A DNA stretch of 64,000 nt from Vicugna vicugna (GCA_013265495.1 MU057378.1:62001-126000), one strand, 5' to 3'. Shown: positions 11,711-26,700, numbered from the stretch's first letter. Translations and numbers: made by a program. The notes: generated by a model not told the origin, from the sequence alone.

Positions 11711-13067
11711 GGTGCTCTGAAGTTTGGACTCAGGAGACAAGCGTTTGCAGGCAAGCTGAGAACTTCCCACGTCTACTTTTAGATCCTTGTTATGTACGCG
11801 TTCATCTCACCTGGTGTACGTCGAACAAAGCATCCCCACTGCACCTTCGAATGAAGACGATGACACCTACACTGTCGCTCCCTTCCAGGTGGTCCCCTCC
11901 CTGCTCATCCTCCAGAACATTCTTGTCGTCCTTCAGTCACATCCAGCCCTGCTGAAATCAACCACCGAAATCTCAGAGATACCTTAAAATCACATCCTTT
12001 CTATCTGTGATTCAGAGCTCAAAGTATAGTTACAGGATGTTATTTTCCATGACCCGGTAGCCATCGAGTCCCGCCGTGGGAGTGGTATGAAGCCAGGGAA
12101 ACCAATGAGTCATGAATAGCATGTCTGGCTGTCAACGTGTACATGTCATAGACACTCATTCATAAAAGCATTAAGTGAATCTGCTGTAATAGTTCTATTT
12201 GATTGCATTGCTATGTACATAGATAGCAATACAGGATTTCTCTGTGAAGAGAGGAGGGGGAAGGAAGCTGAAAACTGACAGTAATGGGGAGGAGGTTGCC
12301 TAGAAGCAAACAGCTAAAGATTTAAAAGGCTCTTCTGAAAGCATCCCTCTGGCATTCTGACAGTTTCAAGGATGAAATCAACATCCTGTTGAACATTTTC
12401 ACCCTCACATTTTCTTCCCACCTCTACAGCCCAGCCAGCAGATCTGCACACAAGGGCGCACAGACAGCAGGCCCCGGGTCTAGCTCACGGCTCCTAGAAA
12501 TGACAGCAGGAACAACAGATCTAGCTGGGTGGAGAAAGCACCGCTGCTTGCACGGAGCCCCACAAGCGGTTCCAGGACTTGGAAGCCGGTGCTGTACTGG
12601 GCTTTTTAGTTTCCTGCGCAGATGTAGGTGCACACAGTGAATAACAATAATCCTCATGCTGTAAAACAAGCCATAGCTTTTTTGAGACTTCAATCTGTTT
12701 CCAAGGCAATTGAAATTTGAAACCTTAGAACTGAAGAACATTGTAGGAGAATCTTATTGATGGAGATTTCATCTTGCGTGCAACCTTGGAGGTCCTTAAA
12801 AGTGATGTAAGATACTGTCAATAAAAGATCAGAATAAGCTTGTTGGATACAACTGGAATATAGTTGTGGTAAGATCTAAGTATGCTCTCCGTTTCTAACA
12901 AAGAATTTATCGTGGTGATCCAGGAGAGGATAATTGAGAAAAAAGGGTGTGGAACTCTCTTAATGACAGATAACTCTGGCTACTGGTGAGCTAGCCAGGT
13001 ATGTGGCTGCTGTGAATCAAAACCGCCAGACGAAACAGACACAGAAGCTGCTCTCAAATCAAGTGCT

Positions 13068-13630
13068 TGCACCATTTACAATAGCCAACCTAAATGTCCG
13101 TCAACAGAGGACTGGATAAAGAAGCCGTGGTGTATAGATAAACAATGGAATACTACTCAGCCAGAATAAAGAATAAAATAATGTCATTGGCAGCAACATG
13201 GATGGAACTGGAGATCATCATTCTAAATGAAGTCAGCCAGAAAAAGAAAGAAAAATACTATATGATATCATTCATATGTGGAATCTGAAAAAAAAAAAAG
13301 ACACCAATGAACTTATCTACAAAACAGAAACAGACTCCCAGACACAGTAAACAAATTTATGGGTATGGAGAGGAAAGGGGGTAGGGAAGGACAAATTGAG
13401 AGTTCGAGATTTGCAAATATTAACTAGTATTGCATAAAAAACAGATAAAAAACAAAGTTCTTCTGTAGAGCACGGGGCACTGTATTCAATACCTTGTAGT
13501 AACCTATAATGAGAAAGAATCTGAAAAGGAATCTATGTGTGCATTTTCATGACTGAAACATGATGCTGTACACCAGAAATTGACACATGTTAACTGACTA
13601 TACTTCAATTAAATAAACAAATATAAATAA
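13068..13630 (+). mobile_element. 5'-truncated L1, ORF2 end and 3'UTR
   Basis: aacctaaatgtccgtcaacagaggactggataaag...caccagaaattgacaca...tatacttcaattaaa. Confidence 0.9.
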
Positions 13631-13816
13631 ACACGTGCTTGCAAAGAATGCAATGGAAACTAATTGTGCTGGGTCCAAACGTGGCGCAGTAAATTCAACA
13701 GCCAGCCTTCACCAAGCAAAAGTAACACGAGGCTGTGGGCAGAGAGGGAGGCACAGGGCCTGTGTTTGAACCCAGCGGTACGAGCCCATCATCAATTTAA
13801 AATCAGCTTCTCACGA

Positions 13817-13925
13817 GGGGAGGGTATAGCTCGGTGGTAGAGTACATGTTTAGCATGCATGAGGTCCTGGGTTCGAGCCCTAACCCTTCCATTATATTAG
13901 TAAATAAAATAAAAAATAAGTAAAT
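13817..13925 (+). mobile_element. tRNA-derived SINE (camelid vic-1-like)
   Basis: ggggagggtatagctcggtggtagag...gaggtcctgggttcgagccc (A and B boxes) plus A-rich tail. Confidence 0.85.
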
Positions 13926-14946
13926 GATTAAGATAGGTTCAAATCTTCCTTTTATAAAAAAGACACATCTGACCACATTGAAAATAAGTAAAATCAATTT
14001 GTTTTTCTGTGATTAAAAACACTTTAGAACTTTTTTAACACTCGGGATTCAGCTTAAACTGAGGTGTTTGGAGATGTGGGTTCATCAATTGAGAGATTCT
14101 TATTAGTACATCATTTTAGGAAATGTGGCATCCGCTTTTCTGAGTTATGAAACCTGGTTTGTGCCAGATTCGATTCTAAAATATCTTGAGAGTAATCAAC
14201 AATGTCAATTACTTTACCTTCCCAAAGGACCAGTGTGACTTTCAAAATGACGTTTACCTGCCCTTACTAGTTCACATGAGGCCATTTCCGCTTCCAGATT
14301 TTTCTGGACAGAGGAGCAAAGCAAAGCGTCTGCAGCACAAGAGCAGCCTTACCGTCCCCCCAACACTTTCCCCGGGCTTCTCACTTTCCCGCCCCTGAGA
14401 AGTTTTCCTGATCTGTCACTGAGCGCTCCCTGGAGCTCCACAAAAGCACGGAAAATGTGACCAGACACTTCAGCCATGCCCTCAGTGGGGGAGCTGCAGA
14501 CACCGCCCTCATCCGGCTGTCAAGATTCTTTAGGACGTCTTGTGTCTCAGAGACAGAAGTTATTTTAGAGTGATTGACGGAGGCAGGGCTTCTGGAATTA
14601 GAACAGGTGTGATTTGCATCCACATCTGTTTGGCCATAAAATATTGGCAAGTAAGTGGGATATCCAGGTTCACAGCTGCTTTCCCAAAGCTCCACGCTGC
14701 AGTTAATACCCTCCTCAGACAGCAAGAGCGGGGAGTGGAATATTCTCTCAAAAACGAGATTATCCATGCTGTGTTTACGATTTAGCCCATGTTTCTGAAT
14801 ATTTAATAAAGTTAAGTCATCTGCATTCGTTGATTCTAATACCTCCCTTTGTTTTAAGATGCCTGTTTTCTTTTCTTACTCCATGTGTTTTCGTCGTTCC
14901 CTTGGAATAAACCTCTGAGGCATAAGTACAATATCCCCCCTTAAGA

Positions 14947-15035
14947 GGGGAGGGTGTAGCTCAGTGGTAGAGCGCATGCTTAGCATGCATGAGGTCCTGG
15001 GTTCAGTCCCCAGTGCCTCCATTTTAAAAAATGAT
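14947..15035 (+). mobile_element. tRNA-derived SINE
   Basis: ggggagggtgtagctcagtggtagagcgcatgcttagcatgcatgaggtcctgggttcagtcccc. Confidence 0.85.
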
Positions 15036-15466
15036 TTTAAAATGTATACATTTCTTCTTAAGAGGGAAGAGCTCCCGCAGAGAACACACGTGCACACCCT
15101 TACACCCAGTTAGGCCATTCCACTGATACTCGTTTCTTTTCTGTTGTAAAGATACATTTAATAAGTATTGACCGATTCTGAGATGGAGGTTTTCAGGAAT
15201 ACTTGATAAATGTTTTCAGACAGCCAGGCGTTTGCATTTTAGTAGTACTATATTAACTCATGCTTAGAAAAAATAAATTTTTCCTTCTGTAATTCCACAC
15301 AAATATTGTCCCAGGCTGGGAAACAAATGACCAGAGGGAAAAAATCATCCTGACTTTCACACCAAGATATAAGTTCCCCTTAGTTTCTCTCTCCACAAGG
15401 CCAGTGTGTCTAATGAGATAGGTTGCTTGTGGCAAGATTTTATATTCATTAGAAAATCATGTCTTG

Positions 15467-15733
15467 TGGGGGAAATGGGGTGGGAAGGGATAAATTTGGG
15501 AGTCTGAGATTTGCAAAGGTTAACCACTATATATCAAAATAGATTAACAAAAAAAAACAAATTTCTTCTGTATAGCATGGGGAACTATATTCCATATCTT
15601 ATAAACTTTAATGAAAAAGAATATGAAAATAAATATATGTATATATATGCATGGCTAGGACATGATGCTGTACACCAGAAATTGACACGTTGTGACTGAC
15701 TCTACTTCAATAAAAAAAGAAAAGAAAAGAAAA
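15467..15733 (+). mobile_element. L1 3'UTR fragment with TSD
   Basis: Same 3'UTR as other copies, A-rich tail, flanked by repeated agaaaatcatgtct. Confidence 0.88.
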
Positions 15734-16217
15734 TCATGTCTCGGAGGTGATTTTCATCGGCAGCTGCAAGGGAACTTGACACAAAAGCCATCTGATTTTA
15801 AGTCGCTTAAGGCAAAGAAAAACACCTGGCCATCACTAGATTCCTCAAATGACCTACTACAAATGTGCATTCCCCAACTGTCAGCCCACTCCCTAGTGAC
15901 TATCAAGACCCTCACTGAAATTAGCAGGTGTTTCACGTAGTAATTCCCTAGCACTTCTGAAACGCACATGAAGTTCTGAGCACAGTAAACCTACATTGAG
16001 TGGAGCCTAGCAGACTGTGGGCCAGACAGAACGTGAAAGAAGGGTCCTCCTCGCCCTGTTCCAAGGGCAGCCTCTGCCTGCTGCCGGAGAGAAGGCGGGG
16101 GCGGGGGTGGGGGCTTCCAAAGCTCGCGGGTGAGAAGGCAGGGAACTGAAGGCTGGAGACAAGCTGTCTGCCCAAAGGCCCAGCTCCAGCCTCAGATGAT
16201 GTAAGAATCAAGAACCC

Positions 16218-16415
16218 TGAACTATATATAAAAATAGGTAAAAAATAAATTTCTTCTGTATAGCACAGGAAACTATATTCAATATCTTCTAATAACCTTT
16301 AATGAAAAAGAATATAAAAATGAATATATGTATATATATATGCATAACTGGGACATTATACTGTACACCAGAAATTGACATGTTGTAACTGACTATACTT
16401 CAATTCAAAAAAAAA
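16218..16415 (+). mobile_element. L1 3'UTR fragment
   Basis: ttcttctgtatagcacagg...caccagaaattgaca...polyA, with flanking aagaaccctg repeat. Confidence 0.85.
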
Positions 16416-16539
16416 GAACCCTGGGGAGGTCGGGTCAGGTACCAAGACTCTCTCCCTTGGCCATTCCCACAGGTCCTATCAGCATTCTCAGCAGGACCAC
16501 ATTAAATCCACTCTCCATGCTGCTACAATTCCTGCCCAT

Positions 16540-16677
16540 TTTTAATTTTGTTTTTGTGTTGTTGTTGTTTGGGGGGAGTAATTTTATTTACTTACTTACT
16601 TATTTTAACAGAGGTGTCAGGGACCTCGTGCGGGCATGCTAAGCACACGCTCTACCACTGAGCTCTACACTTCCCCT
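16540..16677 (-). mobile_element. tRNA-derived SINE
   Basis: gcatgctaagcacacgctctaccactgagct is the reverse complement of the SINE head. Confidence 0.8.
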
Positions 16678-18846
16678 CATCTTTTAATAAACAGCTCATT
16701 CTACATAAACGGGGGGGGGGTCTTTCTGCTTATTCCTGGCTTTGTTAACCTTCGCTTTCCTACACCACTCATTTTGACCATTTATCTATTATCATCCATT
16801 CCTAGATTGATGTGTACACATAGAATAGAGCAGGTAGCTTGACAAACACTTACAGAAGAATGAACAAAGGCACCAGCATGCAGTTCGATTGTCCATGGGG
16901 TGAAGAGCTGAGAAGCGGTCAGCACAGGAGTCCAAGCTGAGCCAGGGGTCCCTGATCCTTGTCGACTCTTCAGTTGCCATTGCTAAATGCCCAGTTGGCA
17001 CCAAGTTTTTATGTGAAATTACTTCTCAGAAAAAAACGTGAGAATAAATGTAACACTGAAGCATCCATTTCCATCGAACATGTCTGGGGAAAAAACTAAC
17101 TTTGGCTTAGGTATAGCAGGATTTTATTTCCTGATATTATATATATAGAGAGAGAGAGAAAGGAAATAATATATTAAAATTTCATGTGGCCAAAATAGAA
17201 ATCCCAGAAGGACAGGAGACCCAGGGATCATTTTGTTAAATGCCTTTTCACATCAAAAATGAAAATGTCCAGTGTTCATGGGCAACAATGTGTAGTCAAA
17301 TCATCAAGATATGCAAATAGAAAAATAGAAAAGTCAGTAGTATCTGTAAAATATGAACTCTTTTAAAATCTACAGTCATTTGAGAATTATCTAATTAACA
17401 AGGTAGAGCTTAATTAAAAAAAAATGTGGTACTGTGTACCAGATCCAGTGCTACAAAGCGTGCTCATTTAGTCTTCTCGATAAATCTATGCATTAGAGAC
17501 CATCGTCATTTCCATGTTTCACTTGGGGAAACTGAAGCCCAGGGCTGAGAAACTCGCCTGAAATCACCCAGCCAGTAGGGGGCAGAGCAGGCTGTGGCCC
17601 CAGCAGTGCAGCTGCACCTGGGAACACGCCCTGGGTCAGCTTCCTCGTCCAGGCAGGTGGGGCTAATGATAACGCGTGTGGCATCGCCATCTGTGGTGGG
17701 GCCAGGGCTGGAAGATGAAGTCTGGCTCAACTCAGAGGAACAGGAAATATTCCGGACATTTTCAAGACACTGAATTTTGGCCAGAATCCTCTTTAAAAAC
17801 TCTCTTGCTTTATTGTTCGTTTCAGTATCATTATCACCTTATTCAATAGAACTAATGGACTTCCAAACACCTCACCGGTTTATGAAGAACTAGGTCAAGA
17901 AATAGAAAGCATCCCTACCGATATTTTAATCCCTGCTGAAATGGGAGAGAAAAATAGCAGATCTAAAAAGCAGACAAAATCCTTGACAGCTCTGTTCTGG
18001 TGGGTAAAGTGTAACACAATGAGCTTCCTCACTCCAGCAGCCTGGAAAGAAAGTTTTCAAGTATTCAGAGGAAGATATTTGATGTTCAGTGGCTGCATAA
18101 AGTTCACAGCAATGGAATCGTATACACATTACAGTGTGACCTTTGGGGAGTTAATTTATTCATGGGTTTATGTCTTCATCTGTCAAGTAAAAGGACGGAT
18201 GGCTTCTACTAACATCATTTATTCCTTAATGTACTTATATCCTTATTCCTTACATGTGGTTTAAATGATACAGAATTTGAAATAATTGTATGATCTATAA
18301 ATATTCCTTTCTATCTAAATAATCATTTAATACCTTGATGGTGAATTTTGTTGTCTTTCATTCCTCTAGTTTTTTTACTTTGACAAATTGCAAAGCTATG
18401 AGAAATTGAAAGAAAAGTTCAGTGAACACCGTACACCCCCTGCCTAGACCCACGAGGTGTCAAATGTCTTTCTACATTTGCTCTGTCCTCCCGCTGCCCA
18501 TCTCTCTCACACACGCAGACGTGACACCACACATACGACGAAACGTCCTCATTAGTTACACCCTATACATCTCTTCAGAACAAGAACTCTTACATAAACA
18601 CCATTACCATACCCCCAGAAAGTTGACATAGGTACCAAATTGTTTAATATGGAGTCCGTATTCAAATTTCTCTGATTATCCACAAAAATGTCCTTTCTAG
18701 CTGTGTTTTTTTAAACCCTAGATCCAATCAAGGATTATGCATTTCATGTAACTGTCATGTCGCTTTAGTTCCCTTGAACTTAGATAGTATCCTGCCTTTT
18801 TGTTTGTTGTTTATGACTGATGATTTTTGAAGAATCCAGGTCAATA

Positions 18847-19325
18847 GTAAAACTGAGCAGGACCCTGTGGGGCCGTCCCAGGGACAGACTGCCCCCACTC
18901 CGTGTTCCCTGCATCTTGTTTGTCAAAAAGCTTCAGCCTCCTAGGCCCTCCCTAAGTTCCAAAGAACAGATGTAATCAGAGAAGTTTAAAAATAGAGAAA
19001 CAAAGAAAAACAGTCACACAAGACAAAATAATAATAGTTTAACCATAAAACAAAGTCAAAACCTTTAGCTCCTCCTCAAGGGCTATAGATAATATCCTGG
19101 GCCTGATCCTTGAGCTGTTCTGCAGGCACTAAAACCCCACCAGGTGGAGGAAGTTGGCTAAATGCTGACCGTGAACACGTAGACCCCAGACCGGTTGGAA
19201 CCAGAAGGCGGTTGATTGACATTTCTGAGATAGCACTCTGTTATCTGACCACCAACCAATCAGAAAACTGTACACCAGCTGATCACACATCTGTGACCCT
19301 CTCCCTCACTCTGTCTTTAAATACA
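18847..19325 (+). mobile_element. ERV-type LTR (partial)
   Basis: aactgagcaggaccctgtgggg start, accaaccaatcaga CCAAT and ctttaaa TATA-like motif, as in ERV1 LTRs. Confidence 0.55.
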
Positions 19326-19366
19326 AGACTGGAAATATTCTGAATTTTGTCAACATTGAGTATTCT

Positions 19367-20400
19367 TTTTTTTTAATTGAGATATGGTCAGTTATAATGT
19401 GTCAGTTTCTGGTGTACAGCATAATGGTTCAGTCATACTATACATATATTTATTTTCATATTCTTTTTCATTATAGGATTTCATTATAAGATATTGAATA
19501 TAGTTCCCTGTGCTATACAGAAGAAATTTGTTTTTTTTTCCCTGTGCTATACAGAAGAAATTTGTTTTTTATCTATTTTATATATAGTAGTGAGTATTTG
19601 CACATCTCGGACTCCCAATTTATCCCTTCCTATCCCCATCCCCCTGGTAACCATAAGTTTGTTTACTATGTCTGCGAGTCTGTTTCTGTTTTGCAGATAA
19701 TTTCATTAGTGTCTTCTTTTTTCTTTTCTTTTTCTTTTTTTTTAGATTCCAGATATGAGTAATATCACATGGTATTTTTCTTTCTCTTTCTGGCTTACTT
19801 CACTTAGAATGATCTCCAGGTCCATCCATGTTGCTGCAAATGCCATTATTTTATTCTTTTTTTATTGCTGACTAGTATTTCATCACATAAGTATACCACA
19901 ACCTCTTTATCCAGTCATCTGTCGATGGATACTTGCTTCCATGTCTTGGCTATTGTAAATAGTGCTGCTATGCACACTGGGGTGCACGTATCTTTTCAAA
20001 GTTGAGTTCCCTCCAGATATACGCCTAGGCGTGAGATGGCTGGATCATATGGTAAGTCTGTTTTTAGATTTTTGAGTAATCCCCATACTGTTTTCCATAA
20101 TGGTTGCACCAAACTGCATTCCCACCAACAGTGTAGGGGGGTTCCCTTTGCTCCACACCCTCTCCAGCATTTGTCATTTGTGGACTTTTGAATGGTGGCC
20201 CTTCTGACTGGTGTGAGGTGATGCCTCATTGTACTTTTGATCTGCATTTCTCCGAGAATTTGTGATATGGAGCATTTTTTCATGTGTCTATTGGCCATTT
20301 GCATGTCTTTACTGGAGAATTGCTTTTTTAGCTCTTCTGCCCATTTTTGGATTGGGTTGATTTTATTTTTGTTATTAAGTGGTATGAGCTGTTTACATAT
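19367..20400 (-). mobile_element. L1 3' portion (ORF2 C-terminus and 3'UTR)
   Basis: Minus ORF 19996-20304 [12 protein letters not shown]...[29 protein letters not shown]...LPYDPAI is L1 ORF2; polyT at the left end. Confidence 0.93.
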
Positions 20401-20892
20401 TCATGCATTTCTTTATATTTTTTTGCTACAAGTGTAAAAAATGTGTATATTGCTAAGTAATAGTCAGTACTGTTTGCAGGTTTATAAACCTTATAGGAAC
20501 GGTATTATATTGTATGCATTCCTCTGCAGTTTATACTTTTCACTGAAAATGACGTTGCAAGAATCACCTGGGTGGATATAGATTGCTCTAGTTCCTTAAT
20601 TTTCACTGACAAATATCATTCTATGATTTGATTACACCACAGTTTACTTATACATTCTCTTATTAAACATTTAGGCTGTCTCTAATTTCTGCTAATACAA
20701 ATTCTATCATCATTGTTGTAAGTGCATTCGGTGCGCCTGCGTGAGAGCTCCCCTAAGGTGTAAATGTAGAAATAAATTCCTAATTCGAAGGATGTTGTAT
20801 CTCAAAGTTGCCCAGTTATTGCCATTTTATTGTCCAAAGTGGTTCTTCCATTTTATTCTCCCATTGCGGGTTCTGTTATTCTGATAATGGGT

Positions 20893-21240
20893 GCTATGAT
20901 CTGAGCGTTTGTGTCCCCCACCAAATACATACACTGAAACGCTAACCCCCAAAGGTGACAGTCTTAGTAGGTGGAGCCTTTGGGAGGTGCTTAAATCGTG
21001 AGGGTGGAGCCCTCACCAATGGAATGAGTGCCCTTTTAGGCTCCAGGGAGCTTCCACACTACCTCCACCACTCAAGGGCACAACGAGAAAGCTGAGACCT
21101 GGACGAGGGCCCCCACCTGACCATGGTGCACCCTGACCTTGGACTTCCAGCCACCAAGACCAGCGAGCAATAAACGTCTGCTCTTTATAAGCCACCCAGT
21201 CTGGGATATTTTGTTACAACAGCCCAAACAGACTGAGACA
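20893..21240 (+). mobile_element. MaLR (MLT1A/MST-like) solo LTR
   Basis: tgctatgatctg...ggagcctttgggagg...gcaataaacgtctgctctttataagccacccagtc...gactgagaca, with TG...CA ends. Confidence 0.8.
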
Positions 21241-23519
21241 ACAGGTATCTTCTGACTTGTCATTTTTGCCCATCTGACAGATACTTCATTATGGTTTTAC
21301 GTTGTAATTTCCCAATCACTAGTGAAGTTAAGCATTTTTTCACTATCTGTCAGTATGATTCCTCTCCTGCACATTGCATTTTTCTCTCCTTTTTTCTGTT
21401 GGACTGTTTTGGCCTTTTCCAACTAATATGAAGGAATCCTTTTACATTTTTTTCCCCGGAGTCCAGTTTGAGACAGACATGTGTTTTTTTGTCTTTTGGT
21501 TTTTTTCCCTCCCTTTTCAACCAGATGGTGACTTCCAGCACACTCTTTTCTCACTGAAGATCTACCCCGAGGAACTGCTTTATTCAGAAGTGTCAGCCCC
21601 AGCTCCCCATGTGCACAGGCCCCAGCCTTGCCCCCATCCCCTACTTTGAATCACGGCTGTAGACAGAGAGCCTCAGAGTTTTCCAACTCTTCTTTCTTTT
21701 GGGCCCCTGTGAATATTTCTTACTTTCTTGCAACTTAATCTGTGCCTTCAAATGCTTGAGTGTTTGTTATATTTTATCCTGCGAATGGCTTTTCATGATA
21801 TCTGCTTTTATTTTGCTGGAAGTTCAAGCCCTCCCTTTTATATTGTGAACGTACCATGATATGGTTAACCATGTCCCTGCTGACGCACATTTAGATCACT
21901 TTTATTTTATTTTATTTTTAGTGGTCCAGGTGGGAGAATTTTACTTTTGTGGGCGTTATTTTAATTCAGACTGAAAATGTTTTTTTCCCTGGAGAGATTG
22001 CCGTCTCTGAATGTGTGTTTCCAAAGAAGTAATTTTTTTCCTGCTTTGACCTGTGCCCGTCCCACATCTAAGCCAAAGCTTAATTTCTGCTAGAGGCCTG
22101 TCAGCCCTGCCCTTCAGCCTGGGACCTGCCTGGGGGCCCCAGTCAGATACAGCTCTCATGGGAAACTCACCACTGAAATTAGATCATTTTTAATGTTTCA
22201 GGACAAACAGAAAAGTCTCAGTAAAGACTCCTGTGAACTTGTTATTGTGCCTACATGAAAGTATTTCTATTGCATGAACTTCTAGATGTAAACTTGCTGT
22301 TTCCAAAGGTATGTGATTTTTAGTTTGCTCATCAAAAATTTGCATAAACTCCCATTTCCATGAATGTCAGCTGGCAGTGACCAAGGTTCCCGTCACCTCA
22401 ACGATACTAAATCTTACCCATCCTTGTCAGGCATTAATTTCTTCTTTCTCTTCTGAATTGGCTATTATATTTTGTCTGTTTTAGGCTATAGTGTTTTGCA
22501 TAATAATATATTTTAACACAATCAACATAATATGTTTTGCATTATATGTGTTCTGTTTTCTTATTACTTTGAAAAGATGGTTTTATCATTCAGACAGTAA
22601 TTCTTTTCTATATGATTCAAATATTTTACCCAGTCTGTTTGTCCTTCAAGTTTATTCATAATAAACACCTTTTTCAAACAAGTTTTAATTTATGTCAATC
22701 CAAATATGACATTTTTCCTTTGTTTCTTTTTATTTGCCATGATTATAGAAATATCACACTGTATCACACACATTGAAAGAAATTTTAATATTTTTCAGGC
22801 TTTCAGAAACCCAGCTGGGAATTATCCTTATATGATAAGAAGCAAATATCAAAGCTTTTTTTAATCAGTGCTAATTTCTCCAATATTATTTAATTGTCCA
22901 TGCTTCCCTCATTAACTTGATATTTTATAGATGTGAGTGTGTCTGTGTGTGATATAAAATTTTTCACACTACTCCTTTAATCTGTTGGCCCTTTTCTAAG
23001 CCAATACCATGCTGTTTTGATTACTGTGACTTTATAAATGTTTTGATATTAGTGGGATAAAACACCATTCAAAAAAAGGAGCCTCCAAAACCCTCTGGCT
23101 ATTACTATACATGTCCAGATGAATTTTGAATTCATTATTTTGTCACAGTCCTCCAAAGGGATTTCATTTTCTTACTTTCTAAACACACAAACACTTTCCT
23201 TCACCAAATTGGGTACTTAAAGGATCCTTTATGAGTCAATTAGAAGACCTGAAAATTGAGTTCTAGGGAAGAAATAAAACATAACAACAAAAACACCCCT
23301 CACCATCACTTTTCCTTTGAATGCTTAATAAACACGATCTCATTTCTTCCTCTTAACAACCCTGCGAGGGATGTTCTGTTGAACTCATTTTAACAGTGAA
23401 GACACTGAAGTTTGGGAAGCTTCATCAGCTGAGAGTCCACCCAGCTGGAAAGGTGGTGAAACAGAGCTGCTAGCTCACTCTCAGACTAGAATGCACAACC
23501 CCTTCAGTTTCCCTTATCT

Positions 23520-23705
23520 CTAGAGCCATGGTTTGCACGGTGCCAGACCCATAGCATCAGAATCACCTGGGAATTTATGGGAAACGCAAATTCCCTGGCC
23601 CTGCCCCAGAAGGACCAAATTAGAAACTCTGAGCATGAAAGTCCAGCCACCAAACTTATAAAAGGTGTCCTGCTGCAGGTGGCATTTGAGAACCACTGGT
23701 CTAGA
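23520..23705. mobile_element. MER5A-like hAT element
   Basis: gcatcagaatcacctggg...gcaaattcc...ttgagaaccactggtctag. Confidence 0.7.
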
Positions 23706-26700
23706 CTCTAAAGACTGAGGAGGGTACGAGACATTGTGTGAGGGTGAATAAAAGAGAAGAGAACAGCTTTCACTGAAATGAGCAAGAAGAAATACTACAG
23801 ACATTCCAGCTTTTTATCAAATGAATGTTGTGTGGATAATAAAAATCATGCTACGTGGCTCAGAGGATAACAAAACAGAAAGCAATGAGCTCAAGCAGTC
23901 CCCTCCTACTTTCCAGGTCAGAAACCTGAGAAACCATGAACGGGAGCGTATAAACCTCGAAGACGCATCACCCCAGCTCTCTGAGATCTGTACTCCAGAA
24001 ACGCATTCATTACCCTTTGCTGAGACGCGGATCCCCATCCGTGTGAATTTCATTTCCCCTAGAGGCCAGGATCGGATCTGAAACCTGAGTGAGGAAGTCT
24101 GGGAGAAAGAATTCTGGCAGAGAACAGAAAATCAGGGGAGACGGCTGAGAAAGACCAGCGTCAGGGAGCCGTGCAGCCGAGGCCGGGAGGAGGGGAGGAG
24201 GCCACCTGGGTGGACATCAGAGAGGACCAGCCGCAGCATCACCTGGGGTGACCAGGTGAGCCATGCGCCCGGCGTATCTGGGGACTTCCACAGCCATCTC
24301 TGTGATTTAAAAGGGAACCAAAAAGTAACTTTTTTTGTTATTATTTTTGAATGGGATACACTGACCATTATTTGCAACCACATACAGTCCGGCCAAAGAC
24401 TCATTTCGTGAAATTAGGGTTTAGAGCCAGCTGGATTTGCTCATGCAAAGAGGACTCAGTGGGTTCAGGTGTCCAGCCTCTTAGTAAGAATTACCTATTA
24501 ATTAAGTGATTAGAGATAATCAGCGTTTCAGCTGGGCTTCCTGACAAGAGGAGGGATCCGATCTTGGAGAAGCACAGGCTTGGGCTAAATACGTTTAAAA
24601 TGTTCCCTGGGTCTTTTATTCCGAAGTGAGGTGCCTGCTTGTCTTAGAAAAATTCAGCACACAATTTCAAAACGACCTACACACAGGCAGACCGTGACTG
24701 TAAGCGTATCTTCACCACCCTCTTGGAATTTCAAGCAGCATTTTCATGGTTTATTATTTGTACTGGTTTTAATAGGATTCTTTTATGAACCAGTTTAACG
24801 AGGAGTATTCAATTATTGCTTCCTGAAACCACTGCTGTAATATCAGACTCTGTGCTGCGAGGCCTTTTTCAGGAAAAGTGTGTGTGATCTGAATGGAAAA
24901 ATAAAAGAACTATTAAATAGCCATTCGTTTGCTTTACTGTATCAAACTTTCTGTTTGCCTGTGTTGGTGAAGAGTGGATGTATGCAAATACTCCATCTTT
25001 CTAGCTTGGTAAAGCCACTGCATTTTAAAAGAACATGTGTTCAAATCTTGAAGCCCCTATGATGTGACCCTTATCAGATAAGGAGTTTTTCAGAATGAGA
25101 CCATCTCTATTTCCTTGGACGAATCAGGAAGCACTGGGCAGATTTCTAAACATAGAGACGATGCCTCAGGCACAACTCAAGAATCCAAAACCAAACATGC
25201 ACATTTACTATGTAAAGCTCAATCTGGAGTTTTAAATTGGACCAAGCCCCTTGGAGCCTGTGCCCCAAGGCAAGGCTCAGAGACGGATACCCCAGAAGGA
25301 AGAAACTCAAACCGTTAATCCACTTTTAATCACTCATCAGGAGAGATTTTGCAAATGCTTGATAAAACAAGCCAGCATGCCACTTGAGCTGAAAGTGTGA
25401 CTTGCCTTTTATGTATATTTCATTACAGCTATGAAAGCTCCCAAGAGCTCATGTACGTAGGAGATGATGTTTCACTCTTAGGAATGATGACTGGGAATGT
25501 TTGAAGCTGGTTTAGAAGATTCTAGAATCAGGCCATCACTGATGTAATGACCATGATGATTGGGGCGGGGAGAACAGACTTATCCTGACCAAAGAAAGAC
25601 CAGGCTCTTCCTCCCCTGAGTACCAACGGGCAGTACTCAAATTCTGAACCTGTGTATAGACAGGAGTATTAGCCCCTTGTCACTCAGACATCTGATGCCT
25701 GATAGCAGACCACTTCACGTATGATGTGAAAAAATTTTTATTAACTGCCACAGAGACCCTCCTTTAGCATTTCAGTCTTACACAGGTTAGCATCGTCCTA
25801 TGAGATAATGACATGAAACAGAAATTATAGGACCAGTAACAAAAACTACACAGGAATGATGCCTGCGGTAGGCATACTGGTGTGAATAAATTACTTGGAG
25901 TTCTGAAAAGGCAAAAAGCACCAAGCACCAGCCACCAAGAAGAAGAAGCTTGTGAAGAGAGGGACTGAGGCAGCTGGACACCCCCTCCTCACCTCCGGGA
26001 CCCCTCCTACCCTACATGCTCCCTCCAGTCTTTGCCATTTTCTCCATCTTAGGCAAAGAGCTTGTGAATGGAACCTCAAGACAAGTCTCCCAGCCTCCTC
26101 CCCTCCTTCCAACTAGACTGCCACCCTCTCCTCCTACAGGGGACTTCCGGCTCTGGGATCATAGAAATGGTAATTACTACTGGGTTGCACTATTATTGCT
26201 GTTACTATGACCATTATATTCCCAGGTGAGACTAGGGATTCACAGAACTTCCTGTGATAACCTTCTCCCTCCTCCTGAGCTGGAGATTACACCAAGTTTC
26301 TGTTCATCATGCAAGGGACGCCCAGACGTGGGGATATTTTGTGACAATATTCTTCGTAACAGTCTGACGACTTGGTTACTATGATAATCCTACTTAATTG
26401 AAATGGGGGAAACACTGAGGCAAAGAGAGAGCCATGCACTAAAGTTAACATCGTTGGAACTCACATGCCCTGACTTTCTCACTAGTAGTCGAGCAAGTTA
26501 TAAAATAAAAAACCACTGCCATCCAAGGAAGTGTTTACCCTGGGGGAAGGCAAATTAATATAAATGAACTTACCTTGCTGGTTCTCCAGAATACTGATCC
26601 TTAGCACTCATTCATCAGCTACATCGGCTATTAGACAATCCCATCGCTATTGAAAAATCTTAACAGGAAGAGAAATGTCCCACCGTGAATCATGTGGCCC

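Noticed and set aside
11811..11982. Minus-strand exon candidate with CAG|GTGAGA donor
   Set aside because: Poor polypyrimidine tract and stops in all three frames.
14381..14767. 128-aa minus-strand ORF in unique sequence
   Set aside because: No recognisable homology or exon context; compatible with chance.
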